Notes under the pieces: generated by a model
The model's input: only the letters and a program-made list of their open reading frames with translations
Database searches by the model: none
Told to the model about the DNA's origin: nothing
Translations under genes and position numbers: made by a program
Assembly: GCA_963794325.1 (NCBI GenBank)
Contig: CAWCDG010000004.1
Coordinates: forward strand, 32,001 to 96,000
DNA: 64,000 nt
Direction: 5' to 3'
Origin: an uncultured delta proteobacterium
Lineage (GTDB): Bacteria > Desulfobacterota > Binatia > Binatales > Binataceae
Part shown: positions 48,312 to 57,835 of the stretch, in pieces
Position numbering within the stretch: position 1 is the stretch's first letter
Layout of the letters: every line of letters begins with the position of its first letter

Positions 48312-51300
48312 ATGTCGAAATTCTTCATCAACCGGCCCATCGTCGCGATGGTCATCGCAATTTTTTTCGTGATCACCGGCGCCGTGATGGTCCTTCGGCT
48401 CCCCGTCTCGCAGTTCCCCGATATCGTTCCGCCTCAGATTCAGACGACGGCAATCTACACCGGCGCCGACGCGCTCACCGTCGAGCAGTCGGTCGCCACT
48501 CCGATCGAAGAGCAGGTGAACGGCGCCAAGAACATGCTCTACATGCAGTCGATCAACGGCGACGACGGCACGATGACCCTGCAAGTCAGTTTCGCAGTCG
48601 GCACCGACGTTGACCTCGATCAGGTGCAGGTGCAGAACCGGCTGGCGCAGGCCACTTCGAGCCTGCCGAACGCGGTCAGCAACTACGGCCTCACCACTCA
48701 GCAGACGGTCGGAATTCCGCTGCTGGTATTTTCGATCACGTCGCCCAACCGGACCTGGGATCAGACCTTCCTCGCGAACTACGTCGCGATCAATATCGAG
48801 GACGAGCTCGCACGAATTCCGGGAATCGGCCAGGTCAAGGTTTTCGGCGCGTCGAATTATGCGATGCGGATATGGGTCGCTCCCGATACGCTCGCCAAAC
48901 TCCAGCTGACCGTCGCCGACATCACCAACGCGATCACCGCGCAGAACGTCGTGAATCCCGCCGGCACCATCGGCGGTGAGCCGGCGCCGCCCGGCCAGCA
49001 AGTCACGTATTCGGTGCGCGCGCAGGGACGCTTGATGAACGCCGACGAGTTCGGCGACATTATCCTGCGCGCCAATCCCGACGGCTCTCTCGTCCGGCTC
49101 AAAGACGTCGCGCGCATCTCGCTCGGCTCCGAAAATTACACCCAGCAGTCCTACACCAACGGTCTGCCGTCTTCGATTGTCGGCCTCTATCAGAATCCCG
49201 GATCCAACGCGCTCGAAGCCGCCACCCGCGCGAAGAAAAAGATGGCCGAGCTCGCGAAGCACTTCCCGCCCGACATGAAGCTGAGCCTGACGCTCGACAC
49301 CACAGTCGCGGTGACCGAGGGCGCCAAAGAGATCGTAAAAACGCTGCTCGAGGCGATCGCCCTCGTCACGCTGGTCGTGTTCATCTTCCTGCAGAGCTGG
49401 CGCGCGACATTGATTCCGCTGCTCACCATCCCGGTCTCGCTGGTGGGCGCGTTCATGTTCTTCCCGGCCGTCGGATTTTCAGTCAACACGCTCTCGCTGC
49501 TGGGACTGGTGCTCGCCGTGGGCCTGGTGGTCGACGACGCGATCGTCGTGGTCGAAGCGATCCAGGCGAAGATCGAAGAGGGTCGTTCGCCGCATGATGC
49601 GGCGCTCGAAGCGATGGACGAGGTCGGCGGCGCGCTGGTCGGAATCGCGCTGGTCCTGTCAGCGGTCTTCATCCCGGCGGGATTCCTCGCCGGCATCACT
49701 GGATCGCTCTATCGCCAATTCGCGCTGACGATCGCATTCTCGGTTATTCTCTCGGCCTTCAACGCGCTCACGCTGAGTCCCGCCCTGGGAGCACTGTTGC
49801 TCCGGCCGCGAAGCACTAGCCCGTCACGCGGCCCGCTTGCCCGGCTCTTCGCGCGATTCAACTCGGGCTTCGCGCGCGTGCAGAAAGGCTACGTCAGTAT
49901 TTCCGGATTGCTCATCAGAAGGTTCGTGCTCGCGCTGATTATCCTGGTTGGATTCGCGTTGCTGGCGGGCGGAATCGGGAAGATCCTGCCGTCGTCATTT
50001 CTGCCCGACGAAGACCAGGGATACTTCCTGATGAACGTCGAATTGCCGGAAGCCTCGTCGCTCCAGCGCACCAACCTCGTGATGCGCAAGATCGACGAGA
50101 TCCTCAAACACGAGCCCGGCGTGCGCTTCTACAATGCGGTCTCCGGCTACAGCATCCTCTCGCAAAGTTCGAGCACCCGCAGCGGTCTCTACTTCTGCCT
50201 GCTCTCGCCCTATGAGCAACGGCGCTCCGCGGCCCTGCAAGCCGGACCGGTCGTCGCGTCGATCAATCGAAAGCTCGCTGGATTGCCCGACGCGCAAGCG
50301 TTCGCTTTTCTGCCCCCGGCGATTCCCGGAATCGGCCAGGCCTCGGGCGTCGATTTCTTCGTTCAGGATCGATCGGGCGGCACCGTCGATTATCTTTGGC
50401 AGAATACTCAGAAGTTCCTCGCCGCCGCGCGCAAGCGCCCCGAGATTGCGGGGATGAATCTCACCTTCAGTCCGGCGGTCCCGCAAATGTACGCCGCCGT
50501 GGACAAGGACAAGGTCTTCAAACTCGGGGTCACGATCCAAAGCGTTTACGCCGCGTTGCAGACTCTGCTCGGCGGCTACTACGTGAACCAGTTCAATCGC
50601 TTCGGACGCGTGTGGAAGGTCTTCGTCGAGGCGGAGCCGCAGTACCGCGCCAGGGCCAAGGACGTCGGCCAGTTCTACGTGACTAACAATCAGGGCGCGA
50701 AGGTCCCGCTCTCGACGCTGGTCGATATGCAGCGCGTCTTCGGCCCCGAATATACGACGCGGTTCAACGAGTATCGCAGCATCGAGATCTTCGCCGCCCC
50801 CGCTCCCGGCTACAGCACCGGCGACGCGATGAACGCGGTGACGCAGGTCGCCAATCAGGTTCTGCCGCGCGACATGGGAACCGCCTGGAACGGCATCTCG
50901 TATCAGCAGTCGGTCGCGGGCGGCGGTGCCGGAGTCTTTGGATTGTCGCTGCTGATGGTCTTCCTGATCCTCGCCGCTCTCTACGAGAGTTGGTCGCTGC
51001 CGTTCAGCGTATTGCTAAGCGTGCCGGTCGCAGTATGCGGCGCGTTCTTCGGCCTATGGTCGCGTCATTTCGACAACGACGTTTACGCGCAAATCGGGCT
51101 CATCATGTTGATCGGTTTGTCGGCCAAGAACGCGATCCTCATCGTCGAGTTCGCCAAGGCCGAGCTCGAGAAGGGCGAGGCGCTCGTCGATGCCGCATTG
51201 AACGGCGCGCGACAGCGACTGCGGCCTATCCTGATGACGTCGTTCGCCTTCATCTTCGGCCTGATGCCGCTGTGGACTGCTCTGGGAGCGGGCGCCGTCG

Positions 51301-51503
51301 CGCGCCGCCTGATCGGCACCGTCACCATCGTCGGCATGGCGTTCTCGACCGCCTTTGCGATTTTCCTGGTACCAGTCCTCTTCGTCATCGTCGAGCGAAT
51401 CTCGCGATGGTGGAGCGAGGAGAAACCGGAAGCCACCCCCACGGCGACCCCGGAAGATACCACCTCGTCCGCCCCCGAGCGCGCCGCCGGCGGCGGCGTC
51501 TGA
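48312..51503 (+). CDS. RND efflux permease (HAE1, AcrB/MexF-like)
   Basis: [40 protein letters not shown]. Confidence 0.95.
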   Translation: MSKFFINRPIVAMVIAIFFVITGAVMVLRLPVSQFPDIVPPQIQTTAIYTGADALTVEQSVATPIEEQVNGAKNMLYMQSINGDDGTMTLQVSFAVGTDVDLDQVQVQNRLAQATSSLPNAVSNYGLTTQQTVGIPLLVFSITSPNRTWDQTFLANYVAINIEDELARIPGIGQVKVFGASNYAMRIWVAPDTLAKLQLTVADITNAITAQNVVNPAGTIGGEPAPPGQQVTYSVRAQGRLMNADEFGDIILRANPDGSLVRLKDVARISLGSENYTQQSYTNGLPSSIVGLYQNPGSNALEAATRAKKKMAELAKHFPPDMKLSLTLDTTVAVTEGAKEIVKTLLEAIALVTLVVFIFLQSWRATLIPLLTIPVSLVGAFMFFPAVGFSVNTLSLLGLVLAVGLVVDDAIVVVEAIQAKIEEGRSPHDAALEAMDEVGGALVGIALVLSAVFIPAGFLAGITGSLYRQFALTIAFSVILSAFNALTLSPALGALLLRPRSTSPSRGPLARLFARFNSGFARVQKGYVSISGLLIRRFVLALIILVGFALLAGGIGKILPSSFLPDEDQGYFLMNVELPEASSLQRTNLVMRKIDEILKHEPGVRFYNAVSGYSILSQSSSTRSGLYFCLLSPYEQRRSAALQAGPVVASINRKLAGLPDAQAFAFLPPAIPGIGQASGVDFFVQDRSGGTVDYLWQNTQKFLAAARKRPEIAGMNLTFSPAVPQMYAAVDKDKVFKLGVTIQSVYAALQTLLGGYYVNQFNRFGRVWKVFVEAEPQYRARAKDVGQFYVTNNQGAKVPLSTLVDMQRVFGPEYTTRFNEYRSIEIFAAPAPGYSTGDAMNAVTQVANQVLPRDMGTAWNGISYQQSVAGGGAGVFGLSLLMVFLILAALYESWSLPFSVLLSVPVAVCGAFFGLWSRHFDNDVYAQIGLIMLIGLSAKNAILIVEFAKAELEKGEALVDAALNGARQRLRPILMTSFAFIFGLMPLWTALGAGAVARRLIGTVTIVGMAFSTAFAIFLVPVLFVIVERISRWWSEEKPEATPTATPEDTTSSAPERAAGGGV

Positions 51504-51674
51504 AAAATCGCTGAGAACGCTGGCCGCTGACTCCCCGCTCATGCTGATTCGGTGCGGCTTTGAACAACTTCAAAAAACAACTGCAGAGCACGCAATTCTA
51601 ACTAAATAGTAAGCAACGAAACGGCGCCTCGTTCGTATTCTATAGTGAATACGTTTTCGAGGTTTTTTGTGAAA

Positions 51675-51995
51675 ATGAATTCCACCCATCCGGCCGTTTC
51701 TCGCGCCGCGCGTATCTCACGAGCCGCCACCATCGCACTCGCAGGCGCATTCAGTCTGGTTACGATGACCGGCTGCTTCGGCAGTCCTCGCGCGAACGAC
51801 ACCTTCGCCGGTGCGGCTATCGGCGCCGGCGGCGGAGCGCTGATTGGCGGCGCTGAAGGCTCGCCGGGAACTGGTGCGCTAATCGGCGGCCTCGGCGGCG
51901 GCGCCCTCGGCTATATCGTCGGCACCGAGACGGAAAATCAGTACGGCTACCGCAGCTACGGCTACAACCCGTACGGCTACTACGGCGGCTACTGA
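51675..51995 (+). CDS. Glycine-zipper lipoprotein with a Tyr/Gly-rich tail
   Basis: Lipobox MTGC; GAAIGAGGGALIGG...GALIGGLGGGALG. Confidence 0.75.
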   Translation: MNSTHPAVSRAARISRAATIALAGAFSLVTMTGCFGSPRANDTFAGAAIGAGGGALIGGAEGSPGTGALIGGLGGGALGYIVGTETENQYGYRSYGYNPYGYYGGY

Positions 51996-52046
51996 TCCCT
52001 TGTGATCGTCCTCGCGTCATTCTGAGCGCAGCGAAGAATCCAAATG

Positions 52047-52274
52047 ACCTCCCCTTGTCCGAGGGGAGGTCGGCGCGCGCCGAAGGAGTGCGACGGGAGG
52101 GGTGCAACGCTGGCTGTCGCAACAACGCCCGTTGTGCTGCTGTCGAGCAGCGAACTCGCGCCTATGCATTGAGATTAAACGAGTCGGCGTTAGTGGGTGT
52201 CGCACGTTGCACCACTCCCGGCGACACCGCTTTTCAAGCGGCTTACGCCGACCTCTCCTCGGACAAGGAGAGGT
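52047..52274. mobile_element. MITE-like element with long terminal inverted repeats
   Basis: Left ACCTCCCCTTGTCCGAGGGGAGGTCGGCG matches right CGCCGACCTCTCCTCGGACAAGGAGAGGT (2 mismatches); inner arms CGGGAGGGGTGCAACG / CGTTGCACCACTCCCG. Confidence 0.6.
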
Positions 52275-52380
52275 TAGGATCGAATCCCGGATCTTTTTGA
52301 ACGCCGGGCCGACTAGCCCAAACCATAGATCAGGCGATCTTCCCGACACTCTACTGCTTATCTGGGGATGTCCTTGTAGC

Positions 52381-52409
52381 CTGACGCCGGCGAATCGGGA
52401 TGCTATAAT
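52381..52409 (+). promoter_or_regulatory. Putative sigma70 promoter (extended -10) for the RRM gene
   Basis: CTGACG, 17-nt spacer, TATAAT with TGn extension. Confidence 0.6.
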
Positions 52410-52576
52410 AGTCCAATGGGTCAACCTCACGGCACCAAGATGACCCCACTATCTTCACGCCCGCAATCGGCGTATATTCATTGTCCAACGCTCGGATTGT
52501 TCCTTTCTCTAAGCCCGGGAATTAGCCCGGGTTTTCTGTACGAGAGCTTCCCGGCAAATACTTACGGAGGGCAAAA

Positions 52577-52912
52577 ATGCCCAGCAAATTGTACGTAGGC
52601 AATCTCGCCTACTCGGTGTCGAACAGCGATCTGGAAGAACTGTTTTCACAAGCAGGCCAGGTTCAAAGCGTGGCAGTAATCACGGATAAATTCTCCGGCC
52701 AATCGAAGGGCTTCGGCTTCGTCGAGATGGCGACCTCGGAGGAAGCATCCAAGGCAATCCAGACCCTGAATGACACGGATCTCAAGGGAAGGAACATCAA
52801 GGTGAGCGAGGCCAAACCCCGCGAATCGAGCTTCGGTGGCGGCGGCGGTGGCGGTGGCAACCGTCGCGGCGGTGGCGACAATCGCGGCGGCGGAGGCGGC
52901 GGCCGCTGGTAA
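52577..52912 (+). CDS. RNA recognition motif (RRM) protein with a Gly/Arg-rich tail
   Basis: RNP2 LYVGNL, RNP1 KGFGFVEM, EAKPRE, tail ending GGGRW; GGAGG RBS. Confidence 0.95.
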   Translation: MPSKLYVGNLAYSVSNSDLEELFSQAGQVQSVAVITDKFSGQSKGFGFVEMATSEEASKAIQTLNDTDLKGRNIKVSEAKPRESSFGGGGGGGGNRRGGGDNRGGGGGGRW

Positions 52913-52925
52913 ACTAAACCTGAGG

Positions 52926-52959
52926 CTGAGCGGGCACCCGATGCCCGCTCAGTCATTTC
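52926..52959 (+). terminator. Hairpin after the RRM gene
   Basis: CTGAGCGGGCA-CCCGA-TGCCCGCTCAG followed by TCATTTC. Confidence 0.55.
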
Positions 52960-53065
52960 AGAAGACGCGCGACCTCCGAAGCCCCCGCGTCTTTGCACTT
53001 CTCAAAATTGGCTTCGAGCTCCCGGTTTGGGAGCCCACGCAAGTTTCGCAAATTCAGGAGGCCCG

Positions 53066-53386
53066 GTGCCGAGAGTATATGTAGGAAATCTCGCTGAGTC
53101 GGTTACCCGCGATGAACTGCGGGCGCTCTTCTCGAAAATCGGCCGGGTCGCCGGCGCGCTGGTTATCACCGACAAGCTCACCGGCAAATCTCGTGGATTC
53201 GGCTTCGTCGAAATGGTCGAAGTCGAAGACGCGATCAACGCCGCCGTCTACTTCAGCGGCACCGAACTCGAAGGCCGCAAAATTCACGTCGATCCATTCC
53301 GTCCGCAGGAGCCCGGCGCTCAGAAATTTCGCGGCGAGCGCAAACGTCGCGCGCCCGCCAAGCGCAGCAGCAACGGCACTGCGTAA
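53066..53386 (+). CDS. Second RRM RNA-binding protein (basic tail)
   Basis: VYVGNL, RGFGFVEM; GTG start after AGGAGG. Confidence 0.88.
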   Translation: MPRVYVGNLAESVTRDELRALFSKIGRVAGALVITDKLTGKSRGFGFVEMVEVEDAINAAVYFSGTELEGRKIHVDPFRPQEPGAQKFRGERKRRAPAKRSSNGTA

Positions 53387-53436
53387 CTGCCGGAATTGAA
53401 TAAGTCAGAGATCGAGAAGTCTAATCAGGAGTTGCT

Positions 53437-53721
53437 ATGCGCGATGAAGGGTTGACGCCGTGGAGAACGCACGACTGGAAAGTCCGCACCATCGAATCGA
53501 TCGCACCCGGAGGCGGCTCGCGGCTGGCCTTCACCTGCCGGAGTTGCGGCAGGATATTCAATCAAACTACGATCAACAGCCGGACTTGGGCGGTCGACGC
53601 CGGCGGAGTCGCGCTGTCGGATACGGTAACCAATCGATGGCTCGCGGAAAGTTGCACGCGCAAACCCTCGGACGGCGACGAGGACGATCGCAAGCTCTTC
53701 AAGAACGGACCCGCGCTGTAA
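53437..53721 (+). CDS. Small hypothetical protein with a possible Zn-binding H...CxxC...C motif
   Basis: AGGAG RBS; THDW...CRSCG...ESC. Confidence 0.6.
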   Translation: MRDEGLTPWRTHDWKVRTIESIAPGGGSRLAFTCRSCGRIFNQTTINSRTWAVDAGGVALSDTVTNRWLAESCTRKPSDGDEDDRKLFKNGPAL

Positions 53722-53753
53722 AACTAAAAACCCCTTTCATTATTTTTCAAAGG

Positions 53754-54431
53754 ATGGCGCGCTTGAAAATGAATTTACGGACAGTCGCGCTTGGCGCCCT
53801 GCTCTTCTTTTCGTTCGCTGTTTCCGCTTCCGCGCAAACACTGGTGGTTCCGCCGACCTCGCCCAATGACGCGATGGGTTCGGTGAAGACCATCATCGAC
53901 CAGTCAATCGTCGTCTTTAAAGACAAGCAGATCTCCCCGCCCGACCGCGAGCATAAACTTCGCGGAATCGCCGAGAGCCATTTCGATTTCCGCGAGATGG
54001 CGAAATCAGCGATCGGATACCATTGGAAAACTCTGACCCCCGCGCAGCAGACCGAGTTCGTACCGCTCTTCACGACCTTTATCGAGGATGCGTACCTGTC
54101 GCGAATCGAATCCTATTCCGTCGAGAAAGTGAATCAGCAGCTCCAGTCCTCGATGATTCAATTCATCAAACAGACTACCGACGGCCCCGAGTACGCCGAG
54201 GTCTTCAGCACGGTAGTGTTACAGGATCGCAAAGATCCGATCGCCGTGAACTACCTGATGCGTAACGACGGCGGCGAGTGGAAAATCTACGACATCACGA
54301 TTGACGCGATCAGCGTAATCGCCAACTACCGCAACCAGTTCAATCGCGTCCTCAACAACGACGGCTACGACAAGCTCGTCTCCATAATCCGCGAGAAGAT
54401 CCAGGGCCTCCAGCAGCAAGCGACCAACTAA
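53754..54431 (+). CDS. MlaC/Ttg2D family phospholipid-binding periplasmic protein
   Basis: FDFREMAKSAIG..W, VNYLM, WKIYDITIDAISVIANYRNQF; start reassigned. Confidence 0.88.
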   Translation: MARLKMNLRTVALGALLFFSFAVSASAQTLVVPPTSPNDAMGSVKTIIDQSIVVFKDKQISPPDREHKLRGIAESHFDFREMAKSAIGYHWKTLTPAQQTEFVPLFTTFIEDAYLSRIESYSVEKVNQQLQSSMIQFIKQTTDGPEYAEVFSTVVLQDRKDPIAVNYLMRNDGGEWKIYDITIDAISVIANYRNQFNRVLNNDGYDKLVSIIREKIQGLQQQATN

Positions 54432-54487
54432 CTCGATCGCTTAGCGCCAGTGCTCGTCCGTTTGCGCTTCAGGCATAATCTGGAGAT

Positions 54488-56297
54488 ATGCAAACGGCCA
54501 CCGATCGTCGCCTGCCACTTCTGATCTATGACGGTGATTGCGGGTTCTGCAAATACTGGCTGCGCTATTGGAATCGACTCACCGGCGATCGCGTCGCATA
54601 CGCGCCGTATCAGGAAGTCGCCGCGCAGTTCCCCGAAATTCCTGTGGCCGAGTTCAAGCGCGCCGTCCAATACATCGCGCCCGATGGAAAAGTCGCGAGC
54701 GGCGCCGAAGCTGCTCTCCTTACTCTAAGTCACGGCGGCAAAGGCTTCTGGCTCGCGCTTTATCGGCACGTTCCCGGTTTTGCCGCGATCGCCGAGGGCC
54801 TGTACGCGTTGGTCGCGTCGCATCGGGCGGAGCTTTACCGCCCGACGCTATGGTTATGGGGGCGCGACTATGAGCCGCCGCGCTTCGAGCTGATCTCATG
54901 GCTGTTTCTTCGCGCGATGGGGCTGATCTATCTCGCAGCCTTTGTTTCATTTGGCGTGCAGGCGCTGGGATTGATCGGCAGCCACGGCATCCTGCCGCTA
55001 TCCGAATTCGCGGTCGCCGTCCGCAGCCAGATCGGATCATCAGGCTACTGGCGAGTTCCGATGGTGTTCTGGATCGCACAGAGCGACTTCGCGATTCAGG
55101 CCGCGTGCTGGGCGGGAGCGGCGCTGTCGATTCTGGTGATCGTCGATCTCATCCCAAGTGTGAGCCTGTTCTTCCTGTACGTGCTGTATCTCTCGCTCTT
55201 TTACGCCGGCCAGGAGTTCATGGGCTTTCAATGGGATCTGCTTTTGCTCGAAGCCGGTTTCCTGGCGCTCATCCTGAGCGTCGCGACCAGGCCCGGCATA
55301 TGGTTGCTGCGATGGCTGCTCTTCCGTCTGATGCTCCTTTCGGGCGCGGTCAAGCTCCTGAGCGGCGATCCGACATGGGCCAACCTGTCCGCGCTCTCTT
55401 ACTATTTTCAGACCGAACCGCTACCGACACCGTTGGCCTGGTACGTCCATCACCTGCCGCACGCGGTCCTCATGGCAGCGACGGTCGCGACCTTCTTCAT
55501 CGAATTGGTCCTGCCATTTCTAATCTTCTTTCCGCGGCGTCTTAGATTCATCGGCGCCTTCGGCATCTTGTTGCTGCAAGTCGTGATCTTCGTGACCGGC
55601 AACTACGCATTCTTCAATCTGCTGACGATGGCGTTGTGCCTGGTGGCGTTCGACGATGCCGCGTTGCGCAGAACGTTCCCGAATCGCGTGACCCGAGTTT
55701 GTGCAAAGCTATGCCCGCGAGATCAGACCGCGGAGAATCGTTTCAGTCGCGGTCGGAGCGTTGACGCTGCTGATCGTATTCACCGGTCTGGTGCAGCTCA
55801 ATGCGATTCTCAACAGCCGGATGTCCCCGCTGGGCGCGTGGGTCGAAGGTGAAATTGAGCCGCTGCATATCGTCAATACTTACGGCCTGTTCGCGGTGAT
55901 GACGACCACGCTGCCGGAAATTATCGTCGAGGGCTCGGATGACGGCGTTAACTGGCGCGAATACGAGTTCAAATACAAACCGGGCGACGTGATGCGCCGT
56001 CCGCGATGGAACGCGCCGCATCAACCGCGGCTCGACTGGCAGATGTGGTTTGCCGCATTGGGGTCGGCGTCGGAGAATCCATGGTTCCCGCGGTTCCTTC
56101 AGCGCTTGCTCGAAAATTCGCCCGACGTGATCGCGCTCCTCGGCAGCAATCCGTTTCCCCGCAAGCCGCCTCTCTACGTGAGGGCAGTCCTCTACGACTA
56201 TCGCTATTCGACACCAGAAGAAAAAAAAGCCACCGGCGCATGGTGGGTACGCCAGCCCGAAGGAATCTACTTTCCCGCAGTATCTCTCAGATCATGA
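54488..56297 (+). pseudogene. DCC1-like (DUF393) thiol-disulfide domain fused to lipase maturation factor (LMF1), split by a one-base frameshift near 55692
   Basis: YDGDCGFC; FQWDLLLLEAGF and TGNYAFFNLLT in the first ORF; YGLFAVMT and PHQPRLDWQMWFAA in the second, overlapping ORF. Confidence 0.8.
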
Positions 56298-56312
56298 TTC
56301 AAGCCACCGGTT

Positions 56313-57155
56313 TTATTCCTTGCCTTCCTGGCCCATCTTCATTGTGCCGACTATCGGCACGCCCATCGGACCCACCGGAATATATACTTCCGTGTGATTG
56401 GGTGAGTTGATCATTTTCTGCTGCGCCTGGATCGCTTCGTACTGGACGTAAATCGGCGTCAGCTTCTGGTTGATCGTTTCCATCGCTTTGGCAATGCCGT
56501 CGGCCTCGGCCTCCCGAATTTGAGCCTTGGCTTTGGCGGTCTGGATTTCGATCGTCGTCTGCTCGAGAACCTGGGTGGCCGCAAGCTTGTTGGCGACCGA
56601 GTCCGCGACGGTTTGCGGATACTGAATGTTGCCGATGACGACGCTGATGATTGTGAAGGGGGTGCCCTGCGTCAGCTTCAAAATTCGGTCCTGCACGGCA
56701 GAGCCGATCGTGTCGATGTTGTCCTTGATATCCAGCCCGTTGTACTTCTGAACCTCGTCGCGCGTGTAGGTTCTGAACGGCTCCTTGATAAAATTGTTGT
56801 AGGCGGAGGCGAGTGGATTCTCGCCGGTTTCGCCGTACTTCTCGACGAATATTTTCACGTTCTCAGGTTCTACCTTCCACAGCAGATGCGCCTGAAACTC
56901 GATATGCAGATTGTCCTTGGCCAGCACCGCGGTCGGGCCGACAAACTGTTCAGTGCTGGTGTTCGGTGTCACCGAAATGTTGGTCACCTCGAGCATCCAT
57001 CCAAGGCCGGTGGAAGTCGGTCCCGTTTGAAGTTCGTAGAATCGCTCGGGCATCGTGTACGGATGCTTCGTGACGTATCCGACGTAGCCCGCCGGCGTCG
57101 ATGGATTCGAGCATCCGATGACACCAAGTGCCAGCACTGCAAAGAGTCGTCGCAT
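56313..57155 (-). CDS. SPFH/band-7 domain lipoprotein
   Basis: Lipobox VIGC; LAKDNLHI, IGNIQYP, A.IREAEADGIAKA; GAGG RBS before ATG 57155. Confidence 0.8.
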   Translation of the reverse strand: MRRLFAVLALGVIGCSNPSTPAGYVGYVTKHPYTMPERFYELQTGPTSTGLGWMLEVTNISVTPNTSTEQFVGPTAVLAKDNLHIEFQAHLLWKVEPENVKIFVEKYGETGENPLASAYNNFIKEPFRTYTRDEVQKYNGLDIKDNIDTIGSAVQDRILKLTQGTPFTIISVVIGNIQYPQTVADSVANKLAATQVLEQTTIEIQTAKAKAQIREAEADGIAKAMETINQKLTPIYVQYEAIQAQQKMINSPNHTEVYIPVGPMGVPIVGTMKMGQEGKE

Positions 57156-57388
57156 TCTTCCTCTCCTTTTTTTAAACATCCAGCCGCGCGCCGGATCAGA
57201 CCGAGCTTTCGCGTTTTTACGAGAACGAGTATTCCAGCGGGCGATGCGGATAGAAACTGAGTGTCGTCAATCCAGCTGTCGTTTGTTCACAGATCGCCAT
57301 GTTGTCGCACGGCTCGCCCGCGGGTAGGATTGCGGCATTCAAAAGGGGAGGAGCCGCGCCACTCGATTCATGGGGCAGACTTAATTGC

Positions 57389-57616
57389 ATGCCACAATCG
57401 CTATGCCTGAGAGTCAGTGCGCTATTAATTCTCTGTGTCGCATTTGCCGGATGTGCGACGCACGACGCCAGCGATCCCGCATATGGCGCGATGTTCAAAC
57501 AGACCACGCGTGATCGCGTCAACGGCACCGAGTTCTGGGGCACCAGAACCCAAAAGGACTGCACCTCCGGCGGCGTGATGGAGGTATGCACCCCCGTCGG
57601 CCAAAACGGAATCTGA
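57389..57616 (+). CDS. Small hypothetical lipoprotein
   Basis: Lipobox FAGC; C-terminal Cys pair. Confidence 0.5.
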   Translation: MPQSLCLRVSALLILCVAFAGCATHDASDPAYGAMFKQTTRDRVNGTEFWGTRTQKDCTSGGVMEVCTPVGQNGI

Positions 57617-57650
57617 GTCTTTGGTCTAACGAATAGCTGGCCTCTCGCTC

Positions 57651-57812
57651 CTAGCAGGGTGTTGAGAAACCCCGACGATGAATCCTTTCACAAATTTGGG
57701 GCTTCCAACACCCTGCGTAAAAGCTGGCTGCTTTCCTTTATCTTCTCTCCCGCTTTTTTGCGGGGGAGATAAGAGAGGGGGAACAGGCCGTGATTTATCA
57801 ACGGCCTGTTAG
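57651..57812. mobile_element. MITE-like relic with IS5/IS1182-like ends
   Basis: Left CTAGCAGGGTGTTGAGAAA resembles the reverse complement of the right end, CTAACAGGCCGTTGATAAA; internal inverted copy ending CAACACCCTGC at 57716; no transposase. Confidence 0.5.
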
Positions 57813-57835
57813 GCGTAGAGGAATGACCGCGACAA

